A stretch of 61,775 nucleotides of DNA, filler included, from Choristocarpus tenellus KU-1152 (lineage: Eukaryota > Protista > Phaeophyceae), in the NCBI GenBank assembly GCA_964200185.2. It is 8 parts of 8 records of this genome, joined end to end, with 100 filler letters (N's around TTAATTAATTAA, not from the genome) between each part and the next. Parts side by side here need not be neighbours in the genome. Positions count along the whole stretch, not along the records: positions 1 to 14,581 come from CAXNAD020001157.1; positions 14,682 to 24,792 come from CAXNAD020003145.1; 6 more parts are not named here. One strand, given 5' to 3'. Below are positions 11,767 to 24,792 of this stretch, piece by piece. A model generated the notes under the pieces. The model was not told the origin of the DNA. It searched no databases and saw only the letters and a list, made by a program, of their open reading frames with translations. Positions within the stretch are counted from its first letter, which is position 1. Every line of letters starts with the position of its first letter. The position numbers and the translations under genes are program-made.

Positions 11767-14581
11767 GTCCTGTTCCAAAGACTTGGCTGGGGTTGGCTGC
11801 CGATGTTTGGAAGGACAACCTTGACCTGATCTTTCCAACGAATGCAAATGCTTGACTGTTTTCTCTTCTCTTTTCCCCTTCCTGAACAATATGCCAGCAG
11901 GGCCACAAAGGGGTCTGGGGCAGGGGATGGTGGTGGTGGTGATATGATGTGATGTGATTGTGACAAGCTGGGTAGGGCAGGTGCAAATGGATGTTTAGTG
12001 CAGTTGTTGTTCAGGCTAGTGGTTTTTTTCCTACCTGCCTCATTGCAACTTTCATCGTTTTCTGCTTGCTGTTGGCATAATCATAATCATAATTCCTGGT
12101 CCTATTTTTCATGGAGGTATCCTTACTCCATTGTTTGTGACACCTGTAAAACCCCAACCTAGAATGCCTTGATGTATTTTGGAGTGGGTTCAGGGTCGAG
12201 CCATCACCCAATGTCTCTGTACTATCTCTCGGTTCACTGTGCAGGATGTGTACATTGTGCCAAGAGTGCCCTAAAGTTTGCAATCCATTTGGACTGATCT
12301 ATTCTATTCCTGCCATCATGGCCCTAATTTGCTCCTCCGTGTGTTACAGATTTTGATATCAGTATGCACTTCTTGAGTGTTTGAAAACAAAGTAATGGAT
12401 CCACTATACAATGCATCCCCTTTCAGTAATGCTCTGTTCAATATTTTGAATGTTGCGAGTAACTCTTTGGTGTGGAGCACTACATATTTTTTTGGTGATT
12501 AAGAGTTTCTGCAGACATCAATCCACTTTTGGTCATGCTTCTGGTTTTTTCTCTGAGATTAAGCAGGTGTGACAAGAAAGAGAGTGACTGTTTGCCTCAT
12601 TGAAGTAGGTGAACAGAGCAGATCAAGGAAATAAATAGACCTATCAAATCGATTGCGCACTGATTTTGACGGCAAATGGGAGACTCTTGTCAATCTGATA
12701 ATAGGGGATTGGTGTGACATTACAAGGTATATTGCCAACACTGCTGACCATATGCATTCAACATTTCATACCTTCATCTTTTTTGCCAAGCCACACTATT
12801 CTGCAGAGTCCATGACTTTTATATATAATTCCCCTGATGTATATCCCTTCAGTGACTCCAAATCTCTTGGAGTCGACAGAACGTTGAGCAACATGTACTA
12901 TGAAGCTGTGCCCTGTGTTTAGTGGAGGGTTTGGTCTTTTCACTTTAGACACCCTGGGATTTCAGCCCGGTAGTTCATATTTCAAATACCTCAACCACGC
13001 ATTGCAGCACTTCCATTGAGGTAGGCAGTCCCGGGTGAGACTGCTGCTTTTTGAGGTACATAGACAATATGCTGATGAAATCAGAGGCCAGGGCACTGCA
13101 CGATTTGATCCATGCAACATTACCCCACTGGTCTTCATTTCAATCTCTATGTTTCCTGATGGGTGTATGTCACTTGCTGGATTGTAGTCGATAGTGCTTG
13201 TTTTGCTTGGTATTCCCCAAATCAGTTGTTTTTGTACAGATCAATGTTGAAGACATCTAAAGTTCCTCCACCACGTCAGTTTTACTCATATGGTTGTAGA
13301 TCACACACTGGTAGTATCCGATCAGTAGTATGATTGTATGCCCTCCGAAACAACCTTTCTGTGGATCATCTCAAGTTTCTCCATTTGCTCTTTTGCATCA
13401 GCTTCAATAACCTCTTAACACGACGTCTGGTGTCATTCTCGTCTTATTTCTTTCTTGCGACAGCTATGGTCATCCTTCCTCGGCCTAACCCTCTTGCTTT
13501 ATAGTGTCCACTTGTCTGCAGTTGCCTCTGAGTCCAGCCCTCTAAATCTTGTGCTTTTTCTGTTAGTTGCCATAAAATTCTGTGATCACCTAATCCTAAC
13601 TTAATCCGTTGATGGGGGATAATATAGCATTGTGTTGGTACGGGTGGTACACTCTCTCACTTTCACTGTTAGCATTGCTTGTCATGTTTCAGCAAATGCA
13701 TTTCTCACAACAAAGTTGTGATGCAACAGGTAAGTGTAAGATAATATACAGTGGACTTCTCACTTTTGGTTGGGTTATATCTTTGACTGCACAAAATTCC
13801 TTTTGAAGATGTAATTGATAATGATATACTTACGTCTGGATAGATTTAACCTGTGCCCATTTAGGCTTACTGGCGCTGAAAAATAAGGAACAAGGAAAAA
13901 AATATTCAGGAATATATAGATCTCCTTGTTGATTCCTCGTCCAAACTATAGGTCAAGTTATAAAATGGGATACACCAGAAAAAAACGAAAATTCTGTCCA
14001 ATGGAAAAACATTTCACAGCTTCATGGTACCGTCACCAACATACATGACTATCCTGATTATCTGTTGACATTTTCTTTTATGCTGTTCCTTCTAACCCGA
14101 ATAGAATGTAATAAATTCCGATGGGAATAAAATGTAGTATATATAGAGTAAAACAGAAGGAATATTCAACCATGCAAATACCTATCAAAATTATTCACCA
14201 ATAGCGCTTGCAACCCTCTCTGGCTGAGACAACGGTACTCATCAAGAAAGGCACGGGATATGATCACAAAATGAGACAAGGTCAATGACTATATTACTCA
14301 TGTACTTTAATTTAACTTCCATTTGCTTAGTAAGATTGGTGATATTTTTTGGTGCGGGTTGGAACAACTCCTCGAGGTAGAAATAACAGCAAGGAAGAGG
14401 ATACTTCACATTGAAGAGAGTACTCCTGCTGTGGGCATTGCTGTACTTATTACTTAGGATGCACCTTCCTTCTGTTAGAAGATGATGCAGGGTAAAAGTA
14501 CCTGGGGGGGGGGGTTGGGAGCCAATTGGGGGCGAGCCCGCTTGAGGCAAGGGTAGAATACAACGGTCAGGGGAGAAAACA

Positions 14582-14681
14582 NNNNNNNNNNNNNNNNNNN
14601 NNNNNNNNNNNNNNNNNNNNNNNNNTTAATTAATTAANNNNNNNNNNNNNNNNNNNNNNNNNNNNNNNNNNNNNNNNNNNN
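14582..14681. other. Artificial contig-joining linker (N-TTAATTAATTAA-N)
   Basis: A 100-nt spacer with stop codons in all six frames. Identical linkers occur at 24793-24892, 32023-32122, 35610-35709, 38890-38989, 47876-47975 and 50750-50849. Confidence 0.99.
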
Positions 14682-16558
14682 CCCCCCCCCGCGAGTACCA
14701 ACACTGAATCCGTCCCCCCCCCCCCCCTTTGAACACTCAGAGATCCAATGCAGCCTCTAAAAATAGTTTAGAAAAAAACTAGAAACAGTTTGTAGTCCAT
14801 ATAGTGTGGACTCTCCATCACCAAGGGGTCACAAAATTAGATGCTAACACAAGAAAACTAAGATATGAGGTTCCTTCTATTTCAAGGTTACTGGGCATTA
14901 TGCCTGAGCTGTTGGGCCATAGACTCTTGAAGCAAGTTGGATGGAGCTGAAATCTTATTTGGTAATCGGAGGATAGAAACAGAACACAACCGAACTTGAG
15001 AGAAAAAACATACATGCAAAGAGCCAGGTGTGGCTGACAAAAAGGTGTGATGAACACTCTGCATATAGCATCTAATAGGATGGCCAAATTAAGGTGTAAC
15101 ACAAAGATACCTCTTTAACACCCGCCCCCCCCCACTCCCACTTCAGTGAGACTATCACAAGTACAGGGAACAGGCTACATCCCACCAGCCCCCAAGATGA
15201 ACTCAATGTATAAATTGATATACATTAATTATTGTTGCCATGTGAAGTCATCAATATATCATAATTGATCTTGTGCATTAGTGTTTGCAATGTGCTTCAT
15301 AATATATATATATACCTTTCTCAACGTAGCAACCATTATAGCTGTCTTGAATGGGAGATGGGTAACACCTCCAACATTCTTAGCCTGTGGGTGAGTCATA
15401 AATTCTCACTTGAACCAAGCTTGAATTCTGTAGTACAATACAACAACACAGATTCATGAGGAAAATATGACAGGAATGGCCTTGCACAGGGGCCATGGAG
15501 TACGGCAGTAGATAGATATTATGCTTGTATCCTCAAAAACACTTCGAGTGTTTTTGAAGTTAACCCACCTCCTGTCCTCCTACCAGCTCTCATCCTCTAG
15601 GAACTTGTAGTGTGTGTGACAGGTATTGGTCCTTCATTTTAGACCAGTACCATCACTCATGTTGCTACAGCTTGTTTTATGGTCAGTCCCAAGGTATTGC
15701 AGGCATCAGTGGGTACCAACACATACCAGTTAGTACATTGAGCAGACTAATGACTTTGGGTACTTACCAAGGTACCAACCAGATGTACTGTAGTGGAGTG
15801 ATCCAGCCTGGTCTTCACACTGTGCATATGCCATGTATTGTTTTATTGATTTTGTAAACGGGGGAAGGAGTTCCTCATTTTGGTTTTACAGACACCCTCT
15901 CTGGCAGGGCAAGCGATATTACTATAGATTTGCAGCGTCAGTGGCGTATGATGCCTAAATGTAGGGTCTTTGGGGTAAACGTGTCCGTAGTTGGAGTGTA
16001 CGGTACCATCCTGGTTCTGTGAGGTAGATGTGCTGCTCCACCAGCTCAATTTAGGACTTTTTTCGTTTTCAACATTCTGTGTAAGTCTCAATCAAGCCAG
16101 CAAGGTGCTCCACGCAAACACTGTTTTTAGACCTAGAAAGATGTTGAGCTTCTAGGGACTCGGTTGTAAGCGCATCATCTCTAAAACGTTTGACAGCAAG
16201 GGTAAAGAGCCACCACCTGGAATCCCTGCGCATGAAGTAGGTTCCCTCGAAGTGTGTGAGAACAGTGGAGCCTCTTTTTGAATCTGCGATTTCCCACTTC
16301 ATCTTCTTATTATTTCGTATCTGATAGCGGACTGCATTCCACATTCCCATGCGACGTAGTTTCAAAACACCTGCAAACTGCAATGCCCCCGTAAGATCCA
16401 ACTTGAGAGTCTTGAAGACGTGCCTCGTACACAGGCAAATCCCAAAAAGGAAAAAAAAGAACAATAAGGAAGTTTTTGGAACAAAAGATGCAACTGCAAA
16501 GTATACGTTCTTACAATGGTGCACTGACCGTAGGGGAAAAACTATTAAGTCAAAACTG

Positions 16559-16597
<39 letters not shown>

Positions 16598-16804
16598 GCA
16601 TCAGGAAAAAGAACAGCTAGGGCTAACTGTATGCAACGACACCACTCTGGCAGACAAAAAGGCACGTAAAATACACAGAAAACAAAAAATAAAGAAATAA
16701 TTCCAACAAAGCAGCCTTAGGCATCAACTTCAAAAATAGTGCTGAAGTATTAATGCACAAGCCCAGAAGATTGCAAGTCTAGCTTCTCTACAGGGCAAGA
16801 GCTT

Positions 16805-18073
16805 TCAATAAAACGTATTGTTGAGACGAAAAATGACTTTTAGCCCTGCTGGCAATGATCCTCTATCCAATGTATGAGTGAAGTTAGGGCCAAGACTCAA
16901 CTGCTGAAGACCTGCTGGCCACTCAACCCCATATATACTTTGGTTAAACTCCCATCCAAAGGAGAGCTGCTTGAGTTCAGCAGGCCACTCAACCCCATCG
17001 ATCGCCTGGTTAAACCTCCATCCAAACGTCAGCTCCTCCAGTCTAGCGGGCCACTCAACCCCATCGATAACCTGACCAAATCGATTTCCAAAGTTCAGCC
17101 TCTTGAGCCCATCTGGCCAAGTAATCCCATGTACTGGTCGGTCACCCCCCAAAGTAAGTTCCTGGAGCCCAGTTGGCCATACAACCCCTTCCAACTCCCG
17201 ATCAAATTCATCACCGAAAGCAAGTTGTTGGAGTCCAGCTGGCCACAGAACTTCACCTACGGGTTGGTTAAAACTCCTCCCAAACGTCAGCTGCTGGAGT
17301 GAGGCTGGCCACACAACCCCTTCGACATCCTGGTTAAATTCATCCCCAAAGGAGAGTTGTTGGAGTCCAGTCGGCCATACAACCCCACTTATCATCTGAT
17401 CAAAGTCTCTTCCAAACGTCAGCTGCTGGAGTCCAGTTGGCCACGCAACTCCACCTACCTCCCGGTCAAAACGCCTCCCAAACGTGACCTGCTGGAGCGC
17501 AGAAGGCCACACAACCCCTTCGACGTCCTGGTCAAAATCTTCCCCAAACGTGAGTTGCTGGAGTCCAGTCGGCCATACAACTCCACTTATTGTCTGGTTG
17601 AAGCATCTTCCAAAGGTCAACCGCACGAGTTCAGTCGGCCACACAACCCCTTCGACCTCCACGTTAAATACATCCCCAAATGTGAGCTCCTGAAGACCAA
17701 CTGGCCATGTAACCCCATCGACCGCCTGGCGAAACCACTTCCCGAACCTCAAATGCTGTAGTGTGATGTGCGAACCTGTATTTACAAACGTGTTTTCCAC
17801 TAATTCCAGTCCCTCGAATTGCCATGTCACCTCGCAGATACGAGGAAGTGGAACCCGTGAAGCCTTCCCTCGCCCCCTTGCCCTTTGCTGGTAATCGTGT
17901 TCCAGTAATTGGAGAGATGCCTCTTCCATGATTTTTAGGTTGAAGTAATATCTATTTCGACACTCCACGCATACACTCAGACATGTGAGTTGGAGCTCGT
18001 GAAGTTCATCGGTGCAAAAATACCCTGATTCGAGAGCTGCATCCAACGCCATCAAAAACTGGTCCCCTTTCAT
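16805..18073 (-). CDS. Intronless FNIP-repeat (22-aa LRR-like) protein
   Basis: About 14 tandem 22-aa repeats of LQQLTFGxxFNQxVxGVVWPxG. The first in-frame ATG is at 18073, followed by a ~100-aa non-repeat N-terminus. Confidence 0.92.
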   Translation of the reverse strand: MKGDQFLMALDAALESGYFCTDELHELQLTCLSVCVECRNRYYFNLKIMEEASLQLLEHDYQQRARGRGKASRVPLPRICEVTWQFEGLELVENTFVNTGSHITLQHLRFGKWFRQAVDGVTWPVGLQELTFGDVFNVEVEGVVWPTELVRLTFGRCFNQTISGVVWPTGLQQLTFGEDFDQDVEGVVWPSALQQVTFGRRFDREVGGVAWPTGLQQLTFGRDFDQMISGVVWPTGLQQLSFGDEFNQDVEGVVWPASLQQLTFGRSFNQPVGEVLWPAGLQQLAFGDEFDRELEGVVWPTGLQELTLGGDRPVHGITWPDGLKRLNFGNRFGQVIDGVEWPARLEELTFGWRFNQAIDGVEWPAELKQLSFGWEFNQSIYGVEWPAGLQQLSLGPNFTHTLDRGSLPAGLKVIFRLNNTFY

Positions 18074-19597
18074 CTCGTTCTCATGCAAGCGTTTTCAAGA
18101 GCGAGGTGAAACAAGCCAGGAATTGCGAGAGGACGTATTTACTCAGCATGTAAGGACTTAATTGTTTAAACATTCTGACTAACTAGTTCGTGTGAACTGC
18201 TACTACTACTACTACTACTGCTACAATTATACTCCTTTTTGTATTAATTAATGTCAACAGAAATGGTGGTACATTATTACACAATATTAATGGAGCAGAT
18301 CAAGAAAAATAGAGACAACTCTATGTGGTTCCATTTTCTTTTCCATATATGTATCTTTGGATCAAATACCAGTTGTATTGGATTGTTGGTTTTGTATCAC
18401 ATCCTACTTCTGGTCTGGTCAGTTATGTCGACGCCATTAGAAATCCCACATGTTACCCTACACCCCTCCCACCCCAACTGGCTCAGTCAATGGTAAGGCG
18501 ACAAGCCCCTCGTCAATCTAATACTATACAAATTCACAACAAGGCACATCATAGATCTTAACGGTGGGGCAAGAGTGCCAACCGTTATTCCTGACACCTT
18601 GTGCTCAGTGACAAGGTGGGTGTTGAGCAATGCTAAGACTACAAGATGGTCACCACCACTACTAAGGTCTCCAACCTCTCCACGTTCGCTGAAAGTAGGG
18701 AAAGGATTTCTTCGGTTTTGCAGTTCTTGTTGAGGCCACCCTAGCTGTTTAGACCTACGAGCTTGCGCTCCGTGACCCCCTCGTGATCTGCGGGACTTGA
18801 TTTGGGTGTGGAGTCAAAGGAGGTACCTTAAGCGGTAAGTTCAACGTTGAGTTCAGCGGCTGGTGCAGGAGCAAGTGCAACAGCGAGCGCTGGGCCAAGC
18901 TCAATAGATACAGCTTAGGGTAGCTCTCCAGCAGCTACGGTAACATCAGGAGGTGATGAGGTGGCAGGTGCATCAGTGTCAACCCCTTAAATTGTGGACG
19001 TGGATAACGAAGACGGCCACAACAAACATGATTGCCCTGACCTCGGTAAAGTCAGGCACACGATCGCAGGCACGAAAATGGCCATTACGAGAGATGCGAC
19101 AGGTGCGCATGGATGGGTCATGAGAGTAAATAAATCCTGACTACTCGAGACAGGTAGGGGAGGAGACCCCCTGGTACCTAAGGCGACTACAAAGGGTGCG
19201 AATCTGGTATCCACCTTAGATTTCCCTCCCCATTCTGGATCTTAAAAGGTGGGTGACATTACTTCCAGATTGAACAGATTAGAAGATTTCATAAAGTTTT
19301 TTCGGTTATGTAGAATGCCACAACCTCTGACTGTTCGTTCCTCTTTGTTTTCTTTGTTTTTGTATCATTTTTCACGTGAAGATTGTTAAACATTTTTTCT
19401 TGTATTTTAGTGCATACCCAGAGTAAAGAGACAACTATGATGAAGTGTGCGGAGTGGCTTTAGATAAAAGAGCTATCGAAGCCGGGGAGAATTCAGTATC
19501 TGGTAGGACAGGTGGTTATGAGGTCGTCAAGTAGTGCTGCTCTACTCAACTATTGACTTTAGACGTTATACAAGTGAGATTTTGTAGATTGTAGGAG

Positions 19598-20302
19598 AAA
19601 CATGGTATTGTGAAGGACGTACAGGAGAAGTACCAAACGATGTGATCGTAGGGATCGTGGTAGGATAGATAGAACTGACAGCCCTGTCATCCTGCTGTAT
19701 TCGAGTATATGTAGTGATGTACCAGGGAGATTTTGTTGATTATGGGAGAAGGAACATGATACTGCCCAAGGACTTACAGGAGAAAGGACATGATAATGTT
19801 TTCGCAGAGACTGTTATAGGCCCGTAGTCCCGATGATGGGTCTGTTTGAGTCCTTAGAATCACCTATTCATCTATGATCCAATGGCAGTCTCTGTGGAAA
19901 CATTACGGGTACTATCTACTGTAGGTCCTTGGCAATACCATGTTACTCCTCCAACGATCAATATCTGCCTAGTACATCACTGCATACAAATCACTGGAAC
20001 ACAGTAGTGGCCAAAAGCCGGATGAAGTTAGGTCTGTATGGGTCCTTGGAATCAGATTTTCGTCTACTCTTCTATTGCAGTCTTTGTGGAAATATTCTTG
20101 AACCCAACATTGGTTTAACTACTGTATTCCAGTGATTTGTATGTATGTAATGATATGCTAGGGAGATTTTATTGATTGAGGGAGGAGTGACATGGTATTG
20201 CCGAGGACCTACAGGGGAAAGGACGTGAGAATGTTTCCGCGGAGACTGCCATAGGACTGCATATGAATAGCTCTGACTCCAAGGACCCATACAGACCTGA
20301 CA
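19598..20302. repeat. Degenerate nested direct/inverted repeat cluster (foldback)
   Basis: A unit containing ACATGGTATTGCC(A/G)AGGACCTACAG occurs at ~19600, ~19705-19820 and ~20110-20300 on the + strand. Inverted copies lie at ~19838-20010 and (partial) ~20030-20100. Confidence 0.75.
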
Positions 20303-20555
20303 TCAACATTTTGATGTTAGGGCAGTAGTAACAGTATTGTTGGAGAGTGCTACTGTTTTGGGAAAGTAGAATTTGATGATGTATGGTGTCTGTGATTCAA
20401 AAAAAGGGGAGAGTGTGGATAGTGTTGCTGATAAATGCACTATAGGTACCGCTGGTGGAGTAGATCAGAAGAGATAGGGCCAGTTACATGTTTACCTAGT
20501 ATTAGATTATCTGTTTGTGTATCACATGATACTTGTGATCCAGTGATAGCGTTCT

Positions 20556-21165
20556 TTCTGGTCATACATGTGGATGTTGCAAATCGCACATGATAGCTTA
20601 CACCTGTCTCCAACTGCATCATTCAATCGAATTGAGACCGCAAGCCCCTCGTATATCAGATACTATATGTTCACATCAATCAACATATTGCGTTCTGCCA
20701 AGGCATCATAGATCATTTAAAACCTGGGTCCATAGTCGAATACTTCAACATCTAATACCTGAACATCATCCTTACAAACACATTATCCTTGCCCACTCGC
20801 ACAATAAAGCACTGCAATACCGGGTGGAAAGAGGGTGAAAATATAACTCTTGAAGGATAAAATGTGGACAGCATGTCCGACGAACACACTTGGTGGCAAA
20901 TCACAGGTTGAGAGTATCGTGGAGGAAGGTTTTGGTCTGTTAGGGATCTCCTGTGTTGTCAATTGTTGATGTATTCCACACTGAACCCGCGGTTAAGATC
21001 ATCAGCCATGTGCCTTGGTAGAGGACAATATGTAGGTTTGTGTGAATATATAATATTAGTGTTACAAGGGGCTTATGGTCTCAATTCCATTGACTGATGT
21101 AGTTGGGATGGGACAAGTGTAAACTATGATGTGGGATTTGCAATGTCCACATTGATAACCAGAAA
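20556..21165. repeat. Degenerate ~240-bp inverted repeat pair
   Basis: 20556-20790 aligns by eye with the reverse complement of 20920-21165 (shared TTGCAAATC-CACAT, GAATTGAGACC, AAGCCCCT, CCAAGGCA). A third copy lies at ~18410-18570. Confidence 0.7.
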
Positions 21166-24100
21166 AAAATGCTAAGATTGGACCTGAGGGTAGACCTGAA
21201 CTGAAAATATATATGGAAATACTTAACTGACCCTCCTTTTCTAATCTACTCCACCAGTTGTGTCTATAGTGTATCAACGGCACTATTGACCATCGCCCAA
21301 GACACCACCAATTATTTTCCCCAAGTTTATCAGCTCTTGTTTAGTTCTCCTAGTTCAGGCATCACGCTCCAGTTGGCATTGTTTGAAATCTTCCTGCGTG
21401 CGGATCCTGTCTTGAAACCTTTCAAGTTTACCTTGTTCTTCTGCGATCAACTCATGTGATCCTAAATGTTTGGTGGGTTTTTGCCAGTTTCACAACTTCT
21501 CCCAGCTCAACTGCTGTAACGTTTGAGCTGGTTCTGTTATGTTTCTTTCCATGCAGGTTTGTTCGCATCCACCTTTTCCGTGTGAGTCGGAATTTATGTG
21601 GGCAACTTAATTATTAAGGACCTCATGCAAAAGATTCTTGAAGAGAGGCTTGGGCAGGTTACTGTTCCTTGAGTGGGGAGTAACCGTGGGGTGGAAGTAG
21701 ATCCAGTGACCAAGTGGTCGAACCATTTCGAGTAACTTGGGTCTCTTGTTGGGACATCTAGAGTCTACAAATAACTCACTCTCTTGAGTAGAACAAATAC
21801 CAAGATTATCTAAAATAAAGTTACCTAATTTTTGGTAACTTTAGTAAAGTAAAGTCGTACTGTAGACATAGTTGTCAGTACATCGTAGCAGTCATGTTTG
21901 CCATCCAGGGTGTATCAACTACCGTGAGGAAGTCCTAAACGTCGAGTGGCCTGAGAGGTACAATATTGATAGAGGTGTGCTCCATTGATTGCTTGCATTG
22001 AAATATCCATTAGGGCCTATCCTTCACGAGGAACCTGGTCATGTCCACACCCTACTGTGATTTGTCCTGTGAGAGGATGGCATTTTAGAAAGTGTACGTA
22101 TCATCATGGTCGGTAGTGCATTTTACATGCAAATGAACCCATCATCACTATTGTTCGGAATGGCGTTAAGTGTGGGGGGCGAAGAGACCCACCAAATCGC
22201 AACCAGCAGAAGACGCTGCTGCTAAAGGTCAAGCTGAACCCAGTAACAAGGCCAGCAGAAGAGCCTACAGGCGCCAACAAGCTTTGAAGATAATGCATGT
22301 AGCTGCTAAGAGCGGTCATGGAGGTCCCTCTCCCCAGCTCCCACGGGGACTTTCACAGGTGTCGAGGAGCCTCAAACTCAGAGGAGCAAACGTAGCACTC
22401 TAAGCTTTTGGTAGGGGACAGAGCAATATTTCACAGGACCATACCCAGTATCTCCAGGAGCCTACACAACAGAATTACACAGGAAGGAGGAGAAAAAATG
22501 ATATTCCCTCCTTCCACACACAAAGTGGCCCCATAATTAAGAAAAGTTTATTTCTGCAATTGTGCAAAACGGTGTCTTTCTAATTTATCAGGATCCATAA
22601 AATGCAGCCCTGCCTACCTCTCAATTGTTTTGACTCTGCAGTCATTTGATGACTGGATATTGCGCTGTAGATAAATCATTCCCCTTTGGCTACCTAACAA
22701 TACTATTACAATTACTGGTGGGAGTGGAAGATGGGCTGAGTTGATTATACCAATCTGATGACATACTATACGATGTGATCATTTCCATCCTTATATCTCG
22801 AGGAGGAGAGGAGGTTCAACTTGGGTTTGACCTAGGTAGGGGAGGCAGTGGGGCAGGTAGTTGGGAGGATAGATGTTTACGGTATCTCATAATATTTCCA
22901 GTGATACACATTTTTGATATCTTGTACCCTATATTTTCTTGTTTTGTTGGACTTTATTGTATTTGTCATCTCTTCTGGTGCTGTGGGATCACTTCGTCTC
23001 GTTTTCCCAATCGCTGTTTTGCAACAAACATCTCAATATGGGGGTGGTTGCAGGTGACTATTTTTAGACTGCACATTCTCCAAATTATATGCCTCCCAGC
23101 AAATTTAGTACTCCTTGTAAACCGTGTATAACAGCCTTTCTAGCAAAATGTCGGTAATAGTTTCTACATTCTACAAGAAGTGCATGCCGATCAATTCCAG
23201 TTGCATCTCTTGTCAATGAAGGGACTACTCAGCCATGTGTTGGAGGTTATGAGATATTTGAACATCCACGATCCTGCAGTGCAATGGTCCGGATTATCTG
23301 TGGTATGTTCTGAAGGAGACTACATACATGGTATTTGTGTTTTGCAATATAAAGCACCACACCAGGTTCATGCGCTAACTACATATCCCAGAATTCCTTA
23401 CAAAGTACTTCGTAGGATAATTAATTCGTCCTTCGAGTGGTAAGGAAACATATGAAAGCAGTGGGAACAAAGGTCTATGTAAGGCACAATGATCTTCCCT
23501 TAAATGCTGGTGATTTTTGTGATACATTACGAAAAAGGCATATCATCATCACACCAGAGGAAGGGAAGAGGAGCCTCCCCTTGGTGCTGTACTCTGTACC
23601 ATCTGTTTTTGAGGTAACACTGTATTGTGAAGCTCTCCTTGTCTTTATGCTTATATTTCATTCTTCAGTATTGTGCAAGGCGTCAAGTTATAGATATTAT
23701 TTCTTCTACAGTGTGATGAAAGTGAGTAGACAGGAGTGTTAGGGTGAAGGTACCAAAAACTACTTGGAAGCTGCAAATGACTGGTAGGTACAAGAAAGCA
23801 TGTGGCCAGATATTTCTCAGCACAACAAGTAGTCTTATCCTTATTTCAGATCAAAGTTAATACTTGAACATGCATGAACTTGCGTGGTAAGAGTAAACAT
23901 GGAGTTTAGTTGTCTCCTGGGGTGGATGGATATGACATCTTGATATATATGTGTTCCAGAAATGGAGAGAGATTGCAGTTATGACTTATTTGCACATATG
24001 CACATATTTGAAATGCGTTGCAGTCAAAACGCTCGAGGCTAAAACATGTGTTGTATATTTTATCTCTACAACACTTGGGTCCAAAACATTACTTCGTAGT

Positions 24101-24624
24101 ATACTCGTATTACTGGGAAGTAATGTGTGTTGCGTTTCATAATACTCCACTCAAAAATATACAAAACATTGCATTTTTATCGTTCAAAGGTCTTTTCGCA
24201 ACAAAAAAATGCTTTGTCGTAATGTGATCTTACGAGGCAGCATTCCTGCCTAACAGTCTCAAGTAATGCTATGGCATAACATTACTGTGTCGATGCATAC
24301 TACTAGTAACACACTTTTAAATACCACCATCAGAAGCGTTGCGCTACAAAATTTATATTGAAGTGTAACCCCCATCATTGTGTAATGCTGTCAACATTCA
24401 ATGTTCTGAGGTCATATTCTAGTATTTCCCGAGGGCCCCATGTTTGTGTGTCTGATATTGCCTACTGCTGCACCTGCATATATGACATATAGTGAGTAGG
24501 GTTGACCTGACTATATGTGAGGGAAGCAAGAGAAAGATAAGAGAAACAAACCTGATTCATAAGGTCAGCAAGGACAGAATATTATTATAGTTGTAGATGA
24601 GCATCCTTCTACATTGTGGTAGAT

Positions 24625-24792
24625 GACTCAAAGTATCTGGGGGGGTGGCGGCTGTCCATTTGGGGTCATTTTTTTCATGTCGCAATTTTTGTGTGGTTTG
24701 GTTGCATACGTTGGATGGATAATGTAATTACAATTTCCTTGTCATGACCCAAATGGACACCCTGGTGTAGAAACAAGCCCACCCCCCCCCCC
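24625..24792. mobile_element. MITE family A copy, truncated at contig end
   Basis: Starts GACTCAAAGTATCTGGGGG and contains GTCCATTTGGGG...CCCAAATGGACACCCTGGTGTAG. Confidence 0.7.

Noticed and set aside
12550-13560. Possible decayed transposon or helicase coding region
   Set aside because: It has many stop codons and no motif I could recognise with confidence.
14626-14637. Recurrent TTAATTAATTAA palindrome as a biological motif
   Set aside because: It is always centred in identical 100-nt N spacers, so it is an assembly linker. Synteny across it is meaningless.
15843-16665. ORFs downstream of the FNIP gene as viral genes
   Set aside because: No recognisable domain, and the longer ORF runs through an (AT)n microsatellite.
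16874-17761. Plus-strand ORFs overlapping the FNIP gene
   Set aside because: They are antisense shadows of the repetitive coding sequence.
23180-23500. Possible Ty1/copia integrase remnant (PYKVL...HMKAVGTKVYVRH)
   Set aside because: The resemblance is short and weak, with no supporting RT, RNase H or LTR.
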